Source: Vicugna vicugna | Taxonomy: Eukaryota | Direction of reading: 5' to 3' | NCBI GenBank assembly: GCA_013265495.1 | Contig: MU058444.1 | Coordinates: forward strand, 248,001-312,000 | Length of the DNA stretch: 64,000 bases | Shown here: in pieces, positions 39,480 to 52,450 of the stretch | Layout: every line of letters begins with the position of its first letter | How positions within the stretch are numbered: the first letter of the stretch is position 1 | Program-made: the position numbers and the translations under genes | The notes under the pieces: generated by a model | Database searches by the model: none | What the model saw: the letters and a program-made list of their open reading frames with translations, nothing else | What the model was told of the DNA's origin: nothing

Positions 39480-41770
39480 CTGTTTTTAGCAAAGTAATAT
39501 ATGCAAGTAATTTTTGAAAAATCCAAGAAGTTGCATCAGGATCAGTGAGGGGTGGCAGCCTCGTGCCCCCCTCCCCCAACTCCAGGCTCTGGGTTTTGAG
39601 AACCCCCAGCTCTTGGTGTGTCTAGGGACATCTGCCTCCACATCCCTAAATGGCTTGCTTTTACAAGTTTGTTCTCCCACCCCCACTTTTTAGCTATTTA
39701 TTGATTTTCTTCTATGGAAGATGAGTCTTTAGCACTTAGAGTTTCTTTCACATCCTTTCAATATTGACGTAATAAAAATTTTGTTCTAAATATATATATC
39801 TTAAAATCCTATGGCTATTGAAGTATTGTTCACAACCAAATCTTCTATTTCTTCTACGATTATGTCTTATACTATTTATTTTTCCTGGAATTAATAACTC
39901 TCTCCTTTTTTGCTTGCTTTGTTTTCTCTATTTCAATTTCTCTTTTTTTTTGTCCAACTATTTTATTTTTATTTTTTAATTATTATTTATTTTTTATTTT
40001 TAAAAATTTTGGGGGGGTTAATTAGGATTATTTATTTATTTATTTATTTATTTTTAATGGCGGTACTGGAGATGGAACCCAGGACCTCTCATGCGTGCTG
40101 AGCACACACTTCACCACTGAGCTATACCCTGCCCCCTCCCCATTTCAGTTTCTAAGTTATCAGCAAGCAGATCTCGATACTTCCAAGCACCTCGGCTAAG
40201 CCCTCACGTGTGTTTTTATTTTAGTTTTTTTTCCAGAGCGCCCCTCTGGGAGCCCTCACATTCTTTTCAATATAGGCTGATCGCTCTTAGGACCTACTGC
40301 TCTGCTGACGCCTTGGAATTCTGTCACTGTTTTATCCAGGGAATTTCCTCTGTCTCTCTGTTTTGCTGGTTCTCTGATGTCTGGATCTCAGCTCCTCCCC
40401 CTTTTAGATTTACTTCCACATTGTGATGGATTCTTGAGAAAGGTGCACAGAAGGTAAACTGTGAGACCACGCATGTCTGGAAGCGCCTTTATTCTGTCGC
40501 CCTACGTGGTTGATAGTTTGCTGGGTACGTAACTTTAGGTTGGGAATAATGTTTTCATGGCCTTTTAAAGGCATTGCTCCATTGGCTTCTTACTTTCAAG
40601 TCTGCTGTTGAGTTCAGGGCTGTTCTGACTCCCAGTCCTTTGTTATGACCCCCCTGCCCCCACCCTCTGGTCTCTGGAAGCTTTAGAATCTTCTTATTCT
40701 GGAGTCATGGAATTTTATAATAGTCCTTGGTATCCCTCTGTACTCTGTTTCATTCGTTTCATTGTCCCTGTCGTGGGCCCTTTCAGACTGGAAAACGTGT
40801 CCTCTGCCGTCCCTGTGTCTTCTCTCTGGAATACCTGTTCGTTGTAGTTAGCGCCTTGCGGTCCGATCCTTTACTCTTCGTATCTTTTCCTCTCCTGTTT
40901 CTCCATCTCATTGTCTCTCTATTCTACTTTCTGAGGGACTTTTTGTTAGGTTTATCTTACATCTCTCTCTCTTTTTTTTTTGATTCTTACATCGATGTTG
41001 CATTAGCATCTAATTTCTGAGAGTTTATTCTTCGAAGCTTGCCTCTTAGAGCATCACACTGCTTCTCTGTCTCTAATTTCCCTGGGTATTCATTCCATTT
41101 TAGGCTGATGAAGTTTTCCCTGCCCCCGCCCTCATTTGTTTCTTCTGAGGGGTGTGTGGGCACTCACTCTCTTGCATGTTAAGGGCTTTTTGTCCTCCAG
41201 TGTCGGGAGAACCTCACCTCTGTTTAAATGAGATCCAGGCACTTGAAGGGGAAAACAAAAAGATGATTGGAAGCCCAGTGTGCCTGGGTGGGGCTTGGAA
41301 TGTGGGGCTTCCTGACAGTGCACCGTGAGCCTGTTTCCCCACCTGGAGCCTGGCTGCGGGGAGGGGGGGTTGTTAGCACTAAGCAGGCTCTGACACCATC
41401 CCCCGCCCACGCCCCTCTCTTAGCCATGCTTTCTGGTACCTTGCCTGGTTGTGCAGGGTAGAGAAGGGGTTATGGGGACCAGACATCCTTATATCCATCT
41501 TCAGCCAGATCTCCTTTCTTCAGCAGTACCTGGAACTAACCTCCGATTGGCTGCTCACGCCAGGCTTCCATCTCAGCTGTGTTTTGATTCTTCCGTTGGC
41601 TACCCTTTGCTGATCTGTTTTCTGGCTTCGAGGATTTTGTTGCATGTCTACTTTGCTTCTTGTTCCCTCTCATTTTGAATTGCCTTCACGCCTTGTTGTC
41701 ATATTTTTATGTCTGTGTTCATCTCTCTACAAATTCCTTTAATGCCATTTGAGTACCGTTTGCAGAGGGT
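39480..41770 (-). mobile_element. Highly diverged old L1M/HAL1-like segment interrupted by a SINE
   Basis: Long T/C-rich stretch with ttgatagtttgctgggta...ctttaggttggga...aaggcattgctccattggcttct...ctctggaagctttagaatcttc motifs. Boundaries uncertain. Confidence 0.45.
39958..40136 (-). mobile_element. tRNA-Ala-derived camelid SINE (Vic-1-like)
   Basis: gggggggttaattaggattattt...ggtactggagatggaacccaggacctc...ccactgagctataccctgccccc. Confidence 0.88.
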
Positions 41771-42061
41771 GTGGGGCCACAGGCATGTGCTCAGAGTGCC
41801 GTGGTTAATGGAATTATCCACAGCAGGCTCTTTTTTAGATTGGTCGGAAATGATTCTCCTCCACACAGTTGTGGGATATTTATATATTTTGTGATGCACA
41901 GTAATGTCTTTTAAAAAATGTTTGAAAAATATTTTATTCTAGTTTTCAAATATCTTTAATGTTGTCTTAGCATCAATTTTTCTTAGTAGAAAATGTGACC
42001 ACCTAACTGGATAGCAGAAAGGAGTAATTACTGTTCTCATTGAGTTACTTATTCAGTTTTT

Positions 42062-42210
42062 AAAAAGTTTTCATTTTGAAATCATTGTAGATTGATAGGA
42101 AGTTGCAGAAATGGCACAGAGATGTGCTGTGTACCCAGTTTACCCCTGTGGTGACATCGTCATGTGACTATGGTACAATATCAACATCAGGAAATTGACA
42201 TTGGTGCCGT
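42062..42210 (-). mobile_element. Old L1M(C) 3' terminus fragment
   Basis: ttttgaaatcattgtagattgataggaagttgcagaaat...tggtacaatatcaacatcaggaaattgacattggt. Confidence 0.65.
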
Positions 42211-42242
42211 CCTCATATTTAAAAGACATAACTGTTTTTTAA

Positions 42243-42473
<231 letters not shown>

Positions 42474-44711
42474 TGACGCCAGGGGCCGTTCTCAGTAAGT
42501 ACAGCTGGCCGCGTGCTACCAGAGGTGCTTTTCCCCTGATGCTTGCAGGAAAGCTACCTGTCCATTTGGGGGTGAAATTAAGGCCATACAGAAAAGCTCA
42601 GTCACCTTTTAGGTGTTTCCCCCAATATTCCACGGCACAGTTTTTGAGATGCCAGGTTTCTCAAAGTGGGGTCGCTCTGATTCACAGTGGTGGAGAGTGG
42701 ACTGGGAAAGTCATCAGCTCGCCTCTTCACGTTACTGGGTGTGACAGTGAGGGCTGGTGGTGAGTCCTGTGTCCCGATCCTGCGGGCTGCTGAGGTCAGG
42801 GGAGCCACCCGGGAAGGACTGCTTTCGCCCGGCGGTGGCCCCGGTACCAGGGGTGCTCCTGTGAGCATCCGCCTCCCTGCAGTGAACGGACCTGTGTGCT
42901 GTCCTTTTATTTCTAACTAGGCCGCGGTCAGGTCTGCCCACCTGAATTTGTGTGGCTCATTTGTGAGTTTGTTTTGATTTCCAGATTTCACTGTAATGTT
43001 GTTTCCTTTTCATTGAGCACTCCAATAGGGTATTTCTATCCTGTTTAGCCTTTCACTTTTAAATGGGTGCCCTGGTTTAACCTTGTGTTTTAAAGCCCTT
43101 TGAGCCTTCCCTGGCGGGCTGGTCCCACTGCCTGTTGGAGTGTGTTTGATAAATTACTTTAAGTTAAAGTGGCAGCTCCCAGAGGCTCTGTCTTGAGGAA
43201 TGGAATTCAGTGCTTGCAAGGACTCTGGTTTAATTTCCCCAGGATAAGCCCACATGTACTCTGTATTGCTTGTAAACACGATAATCCTTTTCTTTCTCTC
43301 GTATTACACACCTGCTTTGTGTTTTGTTTTATGTTCCTACGAAAACCTGTAGGTTTCTTCCCAGTGAACCTTAGGTCTGGTCCTTCCTGTCTGATGTCCT
43401 CCACAGAAACCCCAAGGACCAGATGCAGGATTTTCCTGCGGGCTGTTGTTAAAAGACAGTGATGACCATCAGTATTTGTTTGAAAACACACTGAAGAAAA
43501 AATGATTTTATCCCCCACTTTTAAAATTCCTGCCACCTAGCAGATCCTGTAAATTAGAAACTCTCTTTAGACCGAGCCATACGCTCTTGACTTAGGGTTC
43601 TCTTTTCGTTTTATGAGAATTATTTCTTACCTTGAAGGTACTAGAAAAAGTGGAAAAAAATTTTTTCAATTGAAGGATAGTTGATTTACAGTGTGTTTGG
43701 AAAAAAGTGATTTTGGGGGCTTGTTTTCCAATAGCATGTTTGGTTGCAGGGGCCAAGCTCAGCTTAGATAAAGGGGTTTGATTGTAAGGGTGGGGCTGGA
43801 ACCAACATTGTAGAAGCATTGCCGCAGAGCTCACATCATATACCATGTTCAGAGTCCCGTGGCCTGTCTTCGTGGGCCTGATGTGGCACCAGCCTCTCCA
43901 GGCCCGCTGTGCTGTGGCCTCTCGCCCCCTTGCTAGGACATCTGGTTGCCAGCTCTAAACGATGACTGGTTGACCCAGCTCATTTTTTTTTTTTTAAGTT
44001 GACCATCAGCCATAGCTCTAGGTCACGGGACACCCTAAAGAGTGGCCGCCCTGGGACGTGGTGGCAGGAAGTGCCCTGCCCTCAGCACAGACGTCGTTGA
44101 CGGATGGTGTCCCTCACCCTGGACGTGGCGGGGGTGGACATCGGAGGCCCGCGGTGCCGCTGAGGCTGTCCTGCGTCCCCCTGTCTTGGGTGCACGTGAT
44201 CGCAGCTGCCCTCTCCCGTCTTGGCAGTTGACTCAGTCGTAAAGCCTGAGAAAGAGCAGACGTGTGAGCTGAGTTATTTGGGAGGAGAGAAAACCTAGGA
44301 GCTTGAACACAGAGCCTCCATCCCCATCACCGACGCTGGGGGGACAGGATGCTCTGTGGGCAGGCGGCATCGTCAGCCAGCAGTTTTACCGGCTCCCATG
44401 GCAGCTGCTGCTTTTCCAGCATTCAGAGGAGGAGGAACGGCCCCCTGTCTCTTCCCTCGCGTCCGCTTAACGCCTTCCAGCGCGTTGCTGGAAGAAGGAA
44501 AGCTTTCACTGAGGTCGTATCAGGACGCAGTGTTTTCTCTCCCCGGGATACCCCCCCGCCTTTGTTTCCCCTCATTTTCAGCTTCTCCTCGTGCGGTTGT
44601 TGGAGTTTTGGGGAAGGACCTTGCAGCCCCTCTGCTTTTCATCAGGCTCCGGGAGAAATGCTGAGGACGGGTGAACCGCCCCTTCCCCTGCTGGCAGACC
44701 TTGCTCTGGCT

Positions 44712-44753
44712 CGTGTGTGTGTACGTGTGTGTGTGCGTGTGTGTGCATGTGTG
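44712..44753. repeat. Interrupted (TG)n; 42 nt of perfect purine-pyrimidine alternation
   Basis: cgtgtgtgtgtacgtgtgtgtgtgcgtgtgtgtgcatgtgtg. Confidence 0.9.
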
Positions 44754-45249
44754 GCGGGGGTGGAGGGAGCTTTCTTTGTGGTGGTGAAAAAACCGCACAG
44801 ATGACCAAGCAGAAGAAGGACACTGTTTCAGTCTCACCCACAGGAACACAGGTCTTGAGCTACTCCAGATCAGGACAATCTCCCAGTCTCCTCTCTCACC
44901 TTCTGCTGATAAAATCCCATGAATGCAAATCTCCAAGGCAGCTGAGTAGTTAAAAAAAAGTTACACAGGCTGCAGCCTGAGAGAGGCAGTGCGAGGACCC
45001 CTACTTGGCAGGGATGCAGGCATCTGGGAGGGTATGGGGCTCGTGTCTGGAGGCCCCTGTGAGCCGACAGCCCTGGCAGAGGTGGCCTCCATCATCCAAG
45101 GCTGTTGCTTTGAGTCCTGCGCAGCTGGGTTGTAGCAGGGCCACAGCCAACGCTGGCTGCTGTCACACTGGGCTCTTTATTGGCCTCCTCGGTTCCTGAT
45201 TTGGCAGAGAGCATTGCTGGACAGTGGAGGGAAAGGCTACTGAAAGCAT

Positions 45250-45342
45250 AGGATTTTGTTAAAATGGAGATTTTGATGCACTGGGTCTGGAGCTTCTGCA
45301 TTGCTAAGAAGCTCCCTGGGGATGCCAGCCCTGGTGATCCCC
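45250..45342. mobile_element. MER5-like fragment
   Basis: ttgttaaaatggagattttgatgcactgggtctgg...ttctgcattgctaagaagctccctggggatgcc. Confidence 0.5.
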
Positions 45343-48023
45343 CTGCTGGCCCACCCACCCTACTTGCACCACCAAGGAGCAAGTTCTTAGCTGTGCCCAC
45401 TTTGCAGCCTGCCCCCATCAGTGTCCCGAGGTCAGGAGCACGGATTTGCTCAGCTTCTGGCAGCCTTGCACCTGCCCACATGGGAGGTCGGAAACCTCCA
45501 CGATATTCCAGCTTAAAGCTTGAGAGGCTCGAGCTGACGGAAGTTCAAATTGGCTTCCATTCCTGGGGCAAAATTCTGCCTCTCCTGACATTCCCTTGCT
45601 CAAGGGAGGGAGAAAAGACAAGTTTCCTGTTTCTCACCAAAAGAAACCTGCAAATGAAGAGGAGAGGAGTTTTTCCAGGCTCATTTCCCAGGCCAGGAAG
45701 AGCCACCAGGACCTCCAGCCCCTGACTGCTGTGGTGTTGCTCTCTGAAGTTTCAGGAACAAAGTCAAGAGAATTGAGTGTGGAGTCAGAAAGAGAAGCGT
45801 GAGCTGGGGGAGGGGGAGGGCAGGGCGGATGGGTTGGGGACAGACTGTGGGGACTTTTTCCTGGGATGAGCGCAGTGTGAACGGTTCTGTCCCCAGAATG
45901 ACAAGATGTGCTGGGCAGAGAGGGCTGGGGGTGGAGCCTCCACCTGCCCCTCCACGCCAGCCGCGCCCTCCCACCCCTCCACCGGTGGGATGCTGGACCT
46001 TGCTCCGTGCAAACCCAGAGAGAGGCCAGGACACTGACCGGCTTCTCATGTCCTAACTTAGTCGGTTCTTATTTTTTTTTTTAATCAGACAAATAAGCTA
46101 AAATCTATATAGGATTAAAGAAACCTGATATTTCCTCATAGATTAAAGAATGATGGGAGTATATAAAATTAGTACGTGAATGTGTGATTAAAATACTGGC
46201 CAAAAAAAAAGCACATGGGCTTCAGATTAAGATCTGATGCTGTTTTCCATGGTGAAATGTGTACACTTTAATGCCTGGACTCTGTGCCTGTTTTCTCTGC
46301 TCACTGATTCTTAGCTGTTCCAGGCAAATGGTCCCTGGATATGTGAGAAGAGATATTACCCTACTGTAGTATCCTGCTACCCACGCATCTGGGGCAGACT
46401 TTCCTAATGCATCGTGAATCCTGCCCGAAGGGTTAGTAATTTGAGTTTTATAGTCTATGCTGTAATTTGACTTACGTCACAGTACTGTGTCATTATCCAT
46501 TTAGTTCATTTTTTTCCCCAAAGTGTGAATCATATGCCACGAGCACTATAAGTGGTGCTGCAAAACAGCAATTTTTAATATTGAGTTGCAGTGAGGAAGT
46601 TTTACCCTTTTTCCTTTCTTTAGAAAAATTGTATTTCCTTTGGATTGCTTTCTGTCAAATTTAATGCTGCTCTGTTGCACTGTTATCTTCTGTATCTGAC
46701 AGTGGTAACAGCTTTGTATTCATATTAGTGATTCAAAAATTTTTGAATCTTCCTCCCATTAGAAAAGTAAAATGAAAAGAATGAGGTAAATCATAGCACA
46801 GGTGCTCTGCCAGTGTGGCAAAAATTGTGAAGGTGAGGTGGGGATGGGTGACGTGAAGGAGACCCTGATCAGCATTAGCAAACCCCACCAAAGAGGGGGT
46901 GAGTTTATTTCTCATATGGAGCAAATCATACGGCCTGCAGAAAAAACGTGGCAGGAGACCGCATGAAATCCTGGTGAATTACTTTGCAAACCTGAGTTAG
47001 CAAGAAACAAAAAGACAGTTTTAGTACAAATCATCATTGGCAGCCGGACATCCCTTCCGAGTAAGCAGATGGACGGCTCGTCTACCAGCAGGATGGTCGT
47101 CCCGCCAAGTTGAGATGCTCGACTCTGCCGAAATGCTTGGGCTGGCTGTCTTCTGTCCGACCACAAGCTGTTGACCAGTGTCTGTGGTCTGTAGCTGTGG
47201 GTTTGCTTAATGAAATCTAAGGCCATCTGGAAGCCTGCTGAAACGACCTGATGTACCGTCAAGTCTTGGTGCTTCCGAGTGTGCCGTGAAAAAAGGCGCT
47301 CTCTGGCAAGCAAGGAATCCAGTGTGTCTAGAAGCCCTCCTACTTGGCTATGAACAATTAGCCTTTTTTTTTGTTGTTTTTTGTAATAACTACATACATC
47401 CACACCAGAAGTGTGGGAGAAGCCAGTTTCAGCCCCTGCAGGCTTCAGATGTGCCACGGGGTTAGTGCTCGCTCTGCTTAGCACCTGCTCCCGCGCTAGA
47501 CTTAATCCATGGTATTAGCAGGTGAGTTTCTTTGTCACAGTCGCTGCTAAAGTGTGACAGGAGACGCGGGGTGAAGCCCACAGTGCCTGGCCGCTCTGCC
47601 TCGTAGGCGGAGAGCCAGGTCGTTTGCACCCCCGGCCTTTGCACACGCTGCTGCTTTCCCGTCATGAGCCCTTTCTCTGTCCTAAACCTTACCTTCTCTT
47701 TTGTTAGGAAGAGGGGTTAATAATAGAAAAAAGATAATTGCCTGCAGATCACATTTTAATTCCAGACAATAATAATTATTTTCAAAGTGAAGGGTGCAAA
47801 GAAATTGGGCTTCTGTCGTGTTTTCTCATCACCTTTCTGTGCTACAAAGTTTTTTTTGGTTTTTTCCAGGGAGCATTGTTTAAATGTGAGCATGCATAGA
47901 ACACTGAAAGAGTTGGAATACGCTTTGCCAAGAGACCCTCCCTCCCTTTTTGGTACTATAAAGAAACATCGGCGATATTTTCTCAAATAAACCTGAAAAA
48001 TCTATCACAAATTAATGTTACAA

Positions 48024-48158
48024 TTTTTTTTTTTTGCAGGGGGTAGGTAATTAGGTTTATTTATTTATTTGGTTTTTTGATGGAGGTACTCGGGATTGAA
48101 CCCAAGACCTGGCGCATGCTAAGCACACACTCTACCACTTGAGCTATACCCTCCCCCC
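48024..48158 (-). mobile_element. tRNA-Ala-derived camelid SINE (Vic-1-like)
   Basis: Poly(T)...ggtaattaggtttattt...tggaggtactcgggattgaacccaagacctggcgcatgctaagcacacactctaccacttgagctataccctcccc. Confidence 0.9.
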
Positions 48159-48761
48159 ATACAAATTGCTAACACCAAAGGGAAATTTTGACAACAGTGC
48201 CTTGGCTGACAATGGTTTTGGATCTCTCTCAGTTTGTTTTGCATCTCCTCAGACCAGTGGTTTCACTTTTTATAGTGGACTGGATTTTAAAAAACATCCA
48301 AACATTACCTAATGCCAACTTAGGCAATAAACAAGGACACTGACGGTCGTTTATGTTACTCAAAATCTGCCTCAGGGAGCAATTCCAAAGAAGTGTAACA
48401 GAGTAAACTGTTGTTAATCTAATATTAATTAATAAAACTGCTGTTACTCTTAATTAAAGAGTAAAAAATGATTGTTACTCTTTAGTAATTCAGAGGTTGC
48501 TTTCCTCTTACCAGAAAAATTGTGACTGTGCGGAATAGGTTGTGAGTTTATGTAACTTTCTCTCTCCCTCTGTTTCTGAATTAGCAGGTTTGTCATAGAG
48601 ATGTGCCCTCCGAGTTTGAGATCAGCACCTCTGAATGTGTTCTGTAGGTCACTAAGCTCCTCAGTTGGTTTGGGTTCTCCCCCCGCCCCCGCCCCACTTG
48701 GTTCACTCGCTCAGCCTTCACCTGCTACGCCCAGTGCCAGATGCTGGATTTTCCAGAACAA

Positions 48762-48890
48762 GGGGAAGGGTGTAGCTCAAGTGGTACAGCGCATGCTTAG
48801 CGTGCGTGAGGTCCTGGGTTCAGTCCCCAGTATCCGCCTCTAAAAATAAATAAACCTAATTACCACCAAAATAAAATTATTAAATAATAC
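48762..48890 (+). mobile_element. tRNA-Ala-derived camelid SINE (Vic-1-like), sense copy
   Basis: ggggaagggtgtagctcaagtggtacagcgcatgcttagcgtgcgtgaggtcctgggttcagtccccagta...aaataaataaacctaattacc plus an A-rich tail. Confidence 0.9.
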
Positions 48891-51007
48891 AAAGCAGGGT
48901 TGGACTTACACGGACTGGGCTGAGATGAAGACACAAAAATAATTGCAGCAGTCTCTCCTGAAATAAAACAAAATCCCAACACGCGGGATGCCAGTCTCCA
49001 CTCGCTGTTTAGGCAGTTGACCTGGGTACCGACTTGACAGTCTCCAGCTGTGAAAGTGCTTGTTGAGGGCGAGCGGCCATGTGGCTTCCCTCGGATTTTG
49101 AGGTCACCTCGTTTGTCATGTGAATCGGGCTTGAGCCAAGAGACAGGGCGTCTCCAGGCAGCTGAGGGCCGGATGGCATCTCTCCACGAGGATGGCGACG
49201 GCTTAAGATGCTGTTGTGAGCACAGACAGTGCTCTGAGCCAATTAAGCCGGAAAAGACACGTCTTAGAGAGGGATGAGGGAGTGGAGGAGGAAAGAGGGA
49301 ACGAGGGGCAGGATTCAGAACCGACACTTGAGGATTGTAGATAGAAACGCTGGGGTTTTAGATTAGCTTTGTAAGTATTGACAGTGTCCTCAATCTAACA
49401 CACCTGCTCAAAGCTAATAATGAATTATGATTCTTAAATCTTTTCAGTTTGGAAAAGCCTTGGACCCAGGTCTTTTTTTTTTAATGCTTATGAGTGTCAA
49501 CGATAATTCATAATATAAACGTATACAGCCAGACACAGATGGACGTGACGGGTGGGCTCCCGTTTGCTAATAGCACAAAACCTGTGCGAGATGCATGAGG
49601 TTTTTTAACTTGAATTTTTTCTCAGCAAGCTCCGAGGTAACACTTCCGGGGTAACTGCTGTGCTGTCTTGGCAAAAGATTGGTGTATTGCCGTAGAACAA
49701 GGAAAGCCAAATGCTAAGAGTGTCGAGGGTTTCACATTTGAAAGGAGAGGAAAGAGATTAGATAATGTGAACGTCCCGGGTTCCTGGGAAGCGGGTGTGG
49801 CTTTGTCTCTCATGGCCAATGGGTCTTGCTTTCACTTACTTAACACAGGTTTGTGGGCATCTTCCTTACCATTGTTGTCAAACATTTTAATGTTTTAACA
49901 AGGCGGATGCATCACTAACTCTTGCCTTTTCGACTTTCTGGGGGAAACATGACGTGGCCTGTTTAGCACAGCAGGGCGCTGTAGGTGTGGAAGGCAGGGC
50001 TGGCCTCGGCCAGGTAACCGGCAAGGCGGGAGGTTTCCAGAGGGTGTGAGACGTTAAAGGCCAACCAGACAGAGTAACGAAAGAGGCGAGTCAGCGATTT
50101 AGAAGTCTCTACCTGATGTCGGATTCTTGTGTCGAAATAAGTCAGGGAGGCACGGTCACGCCCCGGGCCTTGCGGAGATGGGGGTACATGGGGAAGGAAC
50201 CGGGGCAGAAGCGGGCCAGGCGTAAAATGCTCAAGGGCGTTTCAGGGTCTGTGAAGCGGTCGGTTCTGTATTTACCCGACACAGGTTTTGTTTGTGAAGG
50301 TGCTCGGGGCAAGTGCCACTACACGTCGGTCCACGCCTCGAATGTTCGCCTCTACTGTTCACCCTTTGATGGTCTTGCAGAGTGTGAACCAAGAGGCCTC
50401 CTTCCATTCAGCAGGGCCGATGAGGTGGGTCAAGATGAACACGGGGTCTGGGCATGTGGACAGACGTGGGAGGGCCCAGGGCCAGGCACTTGACACTTGG
50501 CCACAACAAAAGGCAGGGGACCCCTCCCTCCTGAGTAACACCCGGGAGAGGGGCACTGAGATCTCTCCGGGCAGAGGCCCTAGCTAAGCCGGGGAGGCGG
50601 CAGGCACCCTGTGGAACCGCATGGGTCATGAGCGTCCCTCACCTCCCCATCTGACACAGACTCCACATCCAGGCCCCTGCCTCAGCTCTACCAGGGACCA
50701 GCCAGCCTGCAGGTGTGACCAGTCGGAGCATGCAGAGGGCTCCCTGAGGCCATCGGCTCTGGTCTTCTGGAGTGCTTCCCTCCTGCCAGTTGAAGTTGCT
50801 CTTCTTTCTAAAATCCCTCTTGGCTGTACCAGCAACCGCTCTGACCTTCCTCCAGGATCCAACGGGAAGAGATAAACTCAAAGAAGTGTTCTAAATAAAG
50901 GTGGCATGGTTCACGGTGAAACGTACAACCAGGCACTGGTGAAGTCCTGGCTGGAATGTGTGCTTCCCTGAGATAAGGGACAGAGAGCAGGACACTTTTA
51001 GACTGAG

Positions 51008-52450
51008 TTTTATTCATCTCTTGAATATTTAACCGGCACCAGGTGTTCAAGTGCTGTGCTGGGAGCTAGGATGGCAAGTCAGATTAGTGACAGAAATTTA
51101 GGGGGCAGGGGTGGAAGGACCAAGTCCATCTGGGATGACAGGGTGGTGTCAGAGGTATGCCTGAAGGAGCCAGGGAGGGGCCCCATCATTCCTGGGAGGA
51201 GAGGGGTATTAAGGCTTGCTGGGCAAGATGACATTTACCAAGCTCTGAGGAGCAAGTAGCAGGTGGAGACATTTCCAGGCAGATGATGTAGCACAAGTGT
51301 GTGTCTGAAGGTTTGAAATAGTGCGAAGGATTTGGGAAACACAAGATATCCTGTGTGGCAAGAGACGAGGCTGGAGACAGGCAGATGGCTGGGCCTGTGT
51401 GCTCGCCCCAGGAGTGTTTCCTTGAAAGCCTGGTTTGGGGGAGGGGGTGGCGCTATGCAAGGGTTTCCAGCAAGGGAGTAACTCAGCTCACTCAGCACCA
51501 GCAGGAAGCGCGGGGTTGATCAGGGCAGACTGAATGCAGAAGGCCGGGCACCCCTGTGGGGGATGGAGAGATGGGAGTGGGAGCAGGGAAAATGGTGCTG
51601 AAGGGCAGGGTGAGGGAGAGGCCTGGGTTTGGGGTGGACAACCACTTCCTGCATGGGGGAGACGGGAGACCCCAGAGAGAGGGCCAGATCTGAGGGGAAA
51701 ATGAATTTATTTGTGGACACGTGGAGGGAAGGATGCCTTTTTTTTAAATGAACACACTGATTTTCATTAATTTCTTTTTGAGGGGGAGGTAATTAGATTT
51801 ATTTATTTATTCATTTATTTATTTATTATTATGTTTAGTGGAGGTACTGGGGATTGAACCTAGGACCTTGTGCGTGCTAAGCATGCGCTCTGCCAATGAG
51901 CTATCCCCCCCCCCCCGGCTTTTGGAAGATCTAAATGGGGCTGTAGCTGAATGTACGGGTTCAGGGGAGACATGTTAGCAGGAGAGGAAGGGTTGGGAGT
52001 CATCCGTGTGCAGGTGATGGTTGAAGCTGCCGCCGTGAAGGGCACAAGGCGTGCAGAGTATCACCGGGGAAGGGGACGCAGAGGGAGATTCTGAGAAGGC
52101 CCAGCGGGAGGGTTTGTCAGTAGCACTGAATGAACTGCAGAAAAGGCTGAGCGAGAGAGTGGCTGCCGGATCATCACGGAAGACATCCCGGAGAACTGAC
52201 CTCATGGACTAAAGCTTTCAGATTAATGGATGGAGTTGTTGTCTTGGACGGGACTGTCCAGGCAGGACTTTGGGGAGCACTGGAGAAAAGAGACTTGAGA
52301 GAGTGACTGAGAAGGAGCAGGGAGAGAAACGGGCGCATCGGGAGAGCTCGCTTGGGAACCAGAGTCTGGGAAGCACGTCCAGGAAGGCTGGGTGGAACGG
52401 TCAGTAAACGCGGGCTGGGAAGTTTCCGTTGGACTTGGCATCCGGCAGGT
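51008..52450 (-). mobile_element. Degenerate L2 LINE, interrupted by a SINE
   Basis: Starts ttattcatc...aatatttaac...tgtgctgggagctagga (antisense L2 3' end), followed by purine-rich L2 body motifs (ttccaggcaga, ggagtcatc, gatggttgaagc). Confidence 0.5.
51738..51916 (-). mobile_element. tRNA-Ala-derived camelid SINE (Vic-1-like)
   Basis: gggggaggtaattagatttattt...tggaggtactggggattgaacctaggaccttgtgcgtgctaagcatgcgctctgccaatgagctatcccc. Confidence 0.9.

Noticed and set aside
48762..48840. tRNA-Ala(AGC) gene
   Set aside because: The stems are degenerate, the B box is altered (GTTCAGTCC), and it carries the aaacctaattacc/A-rich tail shared with four other copies. It is a SINE.
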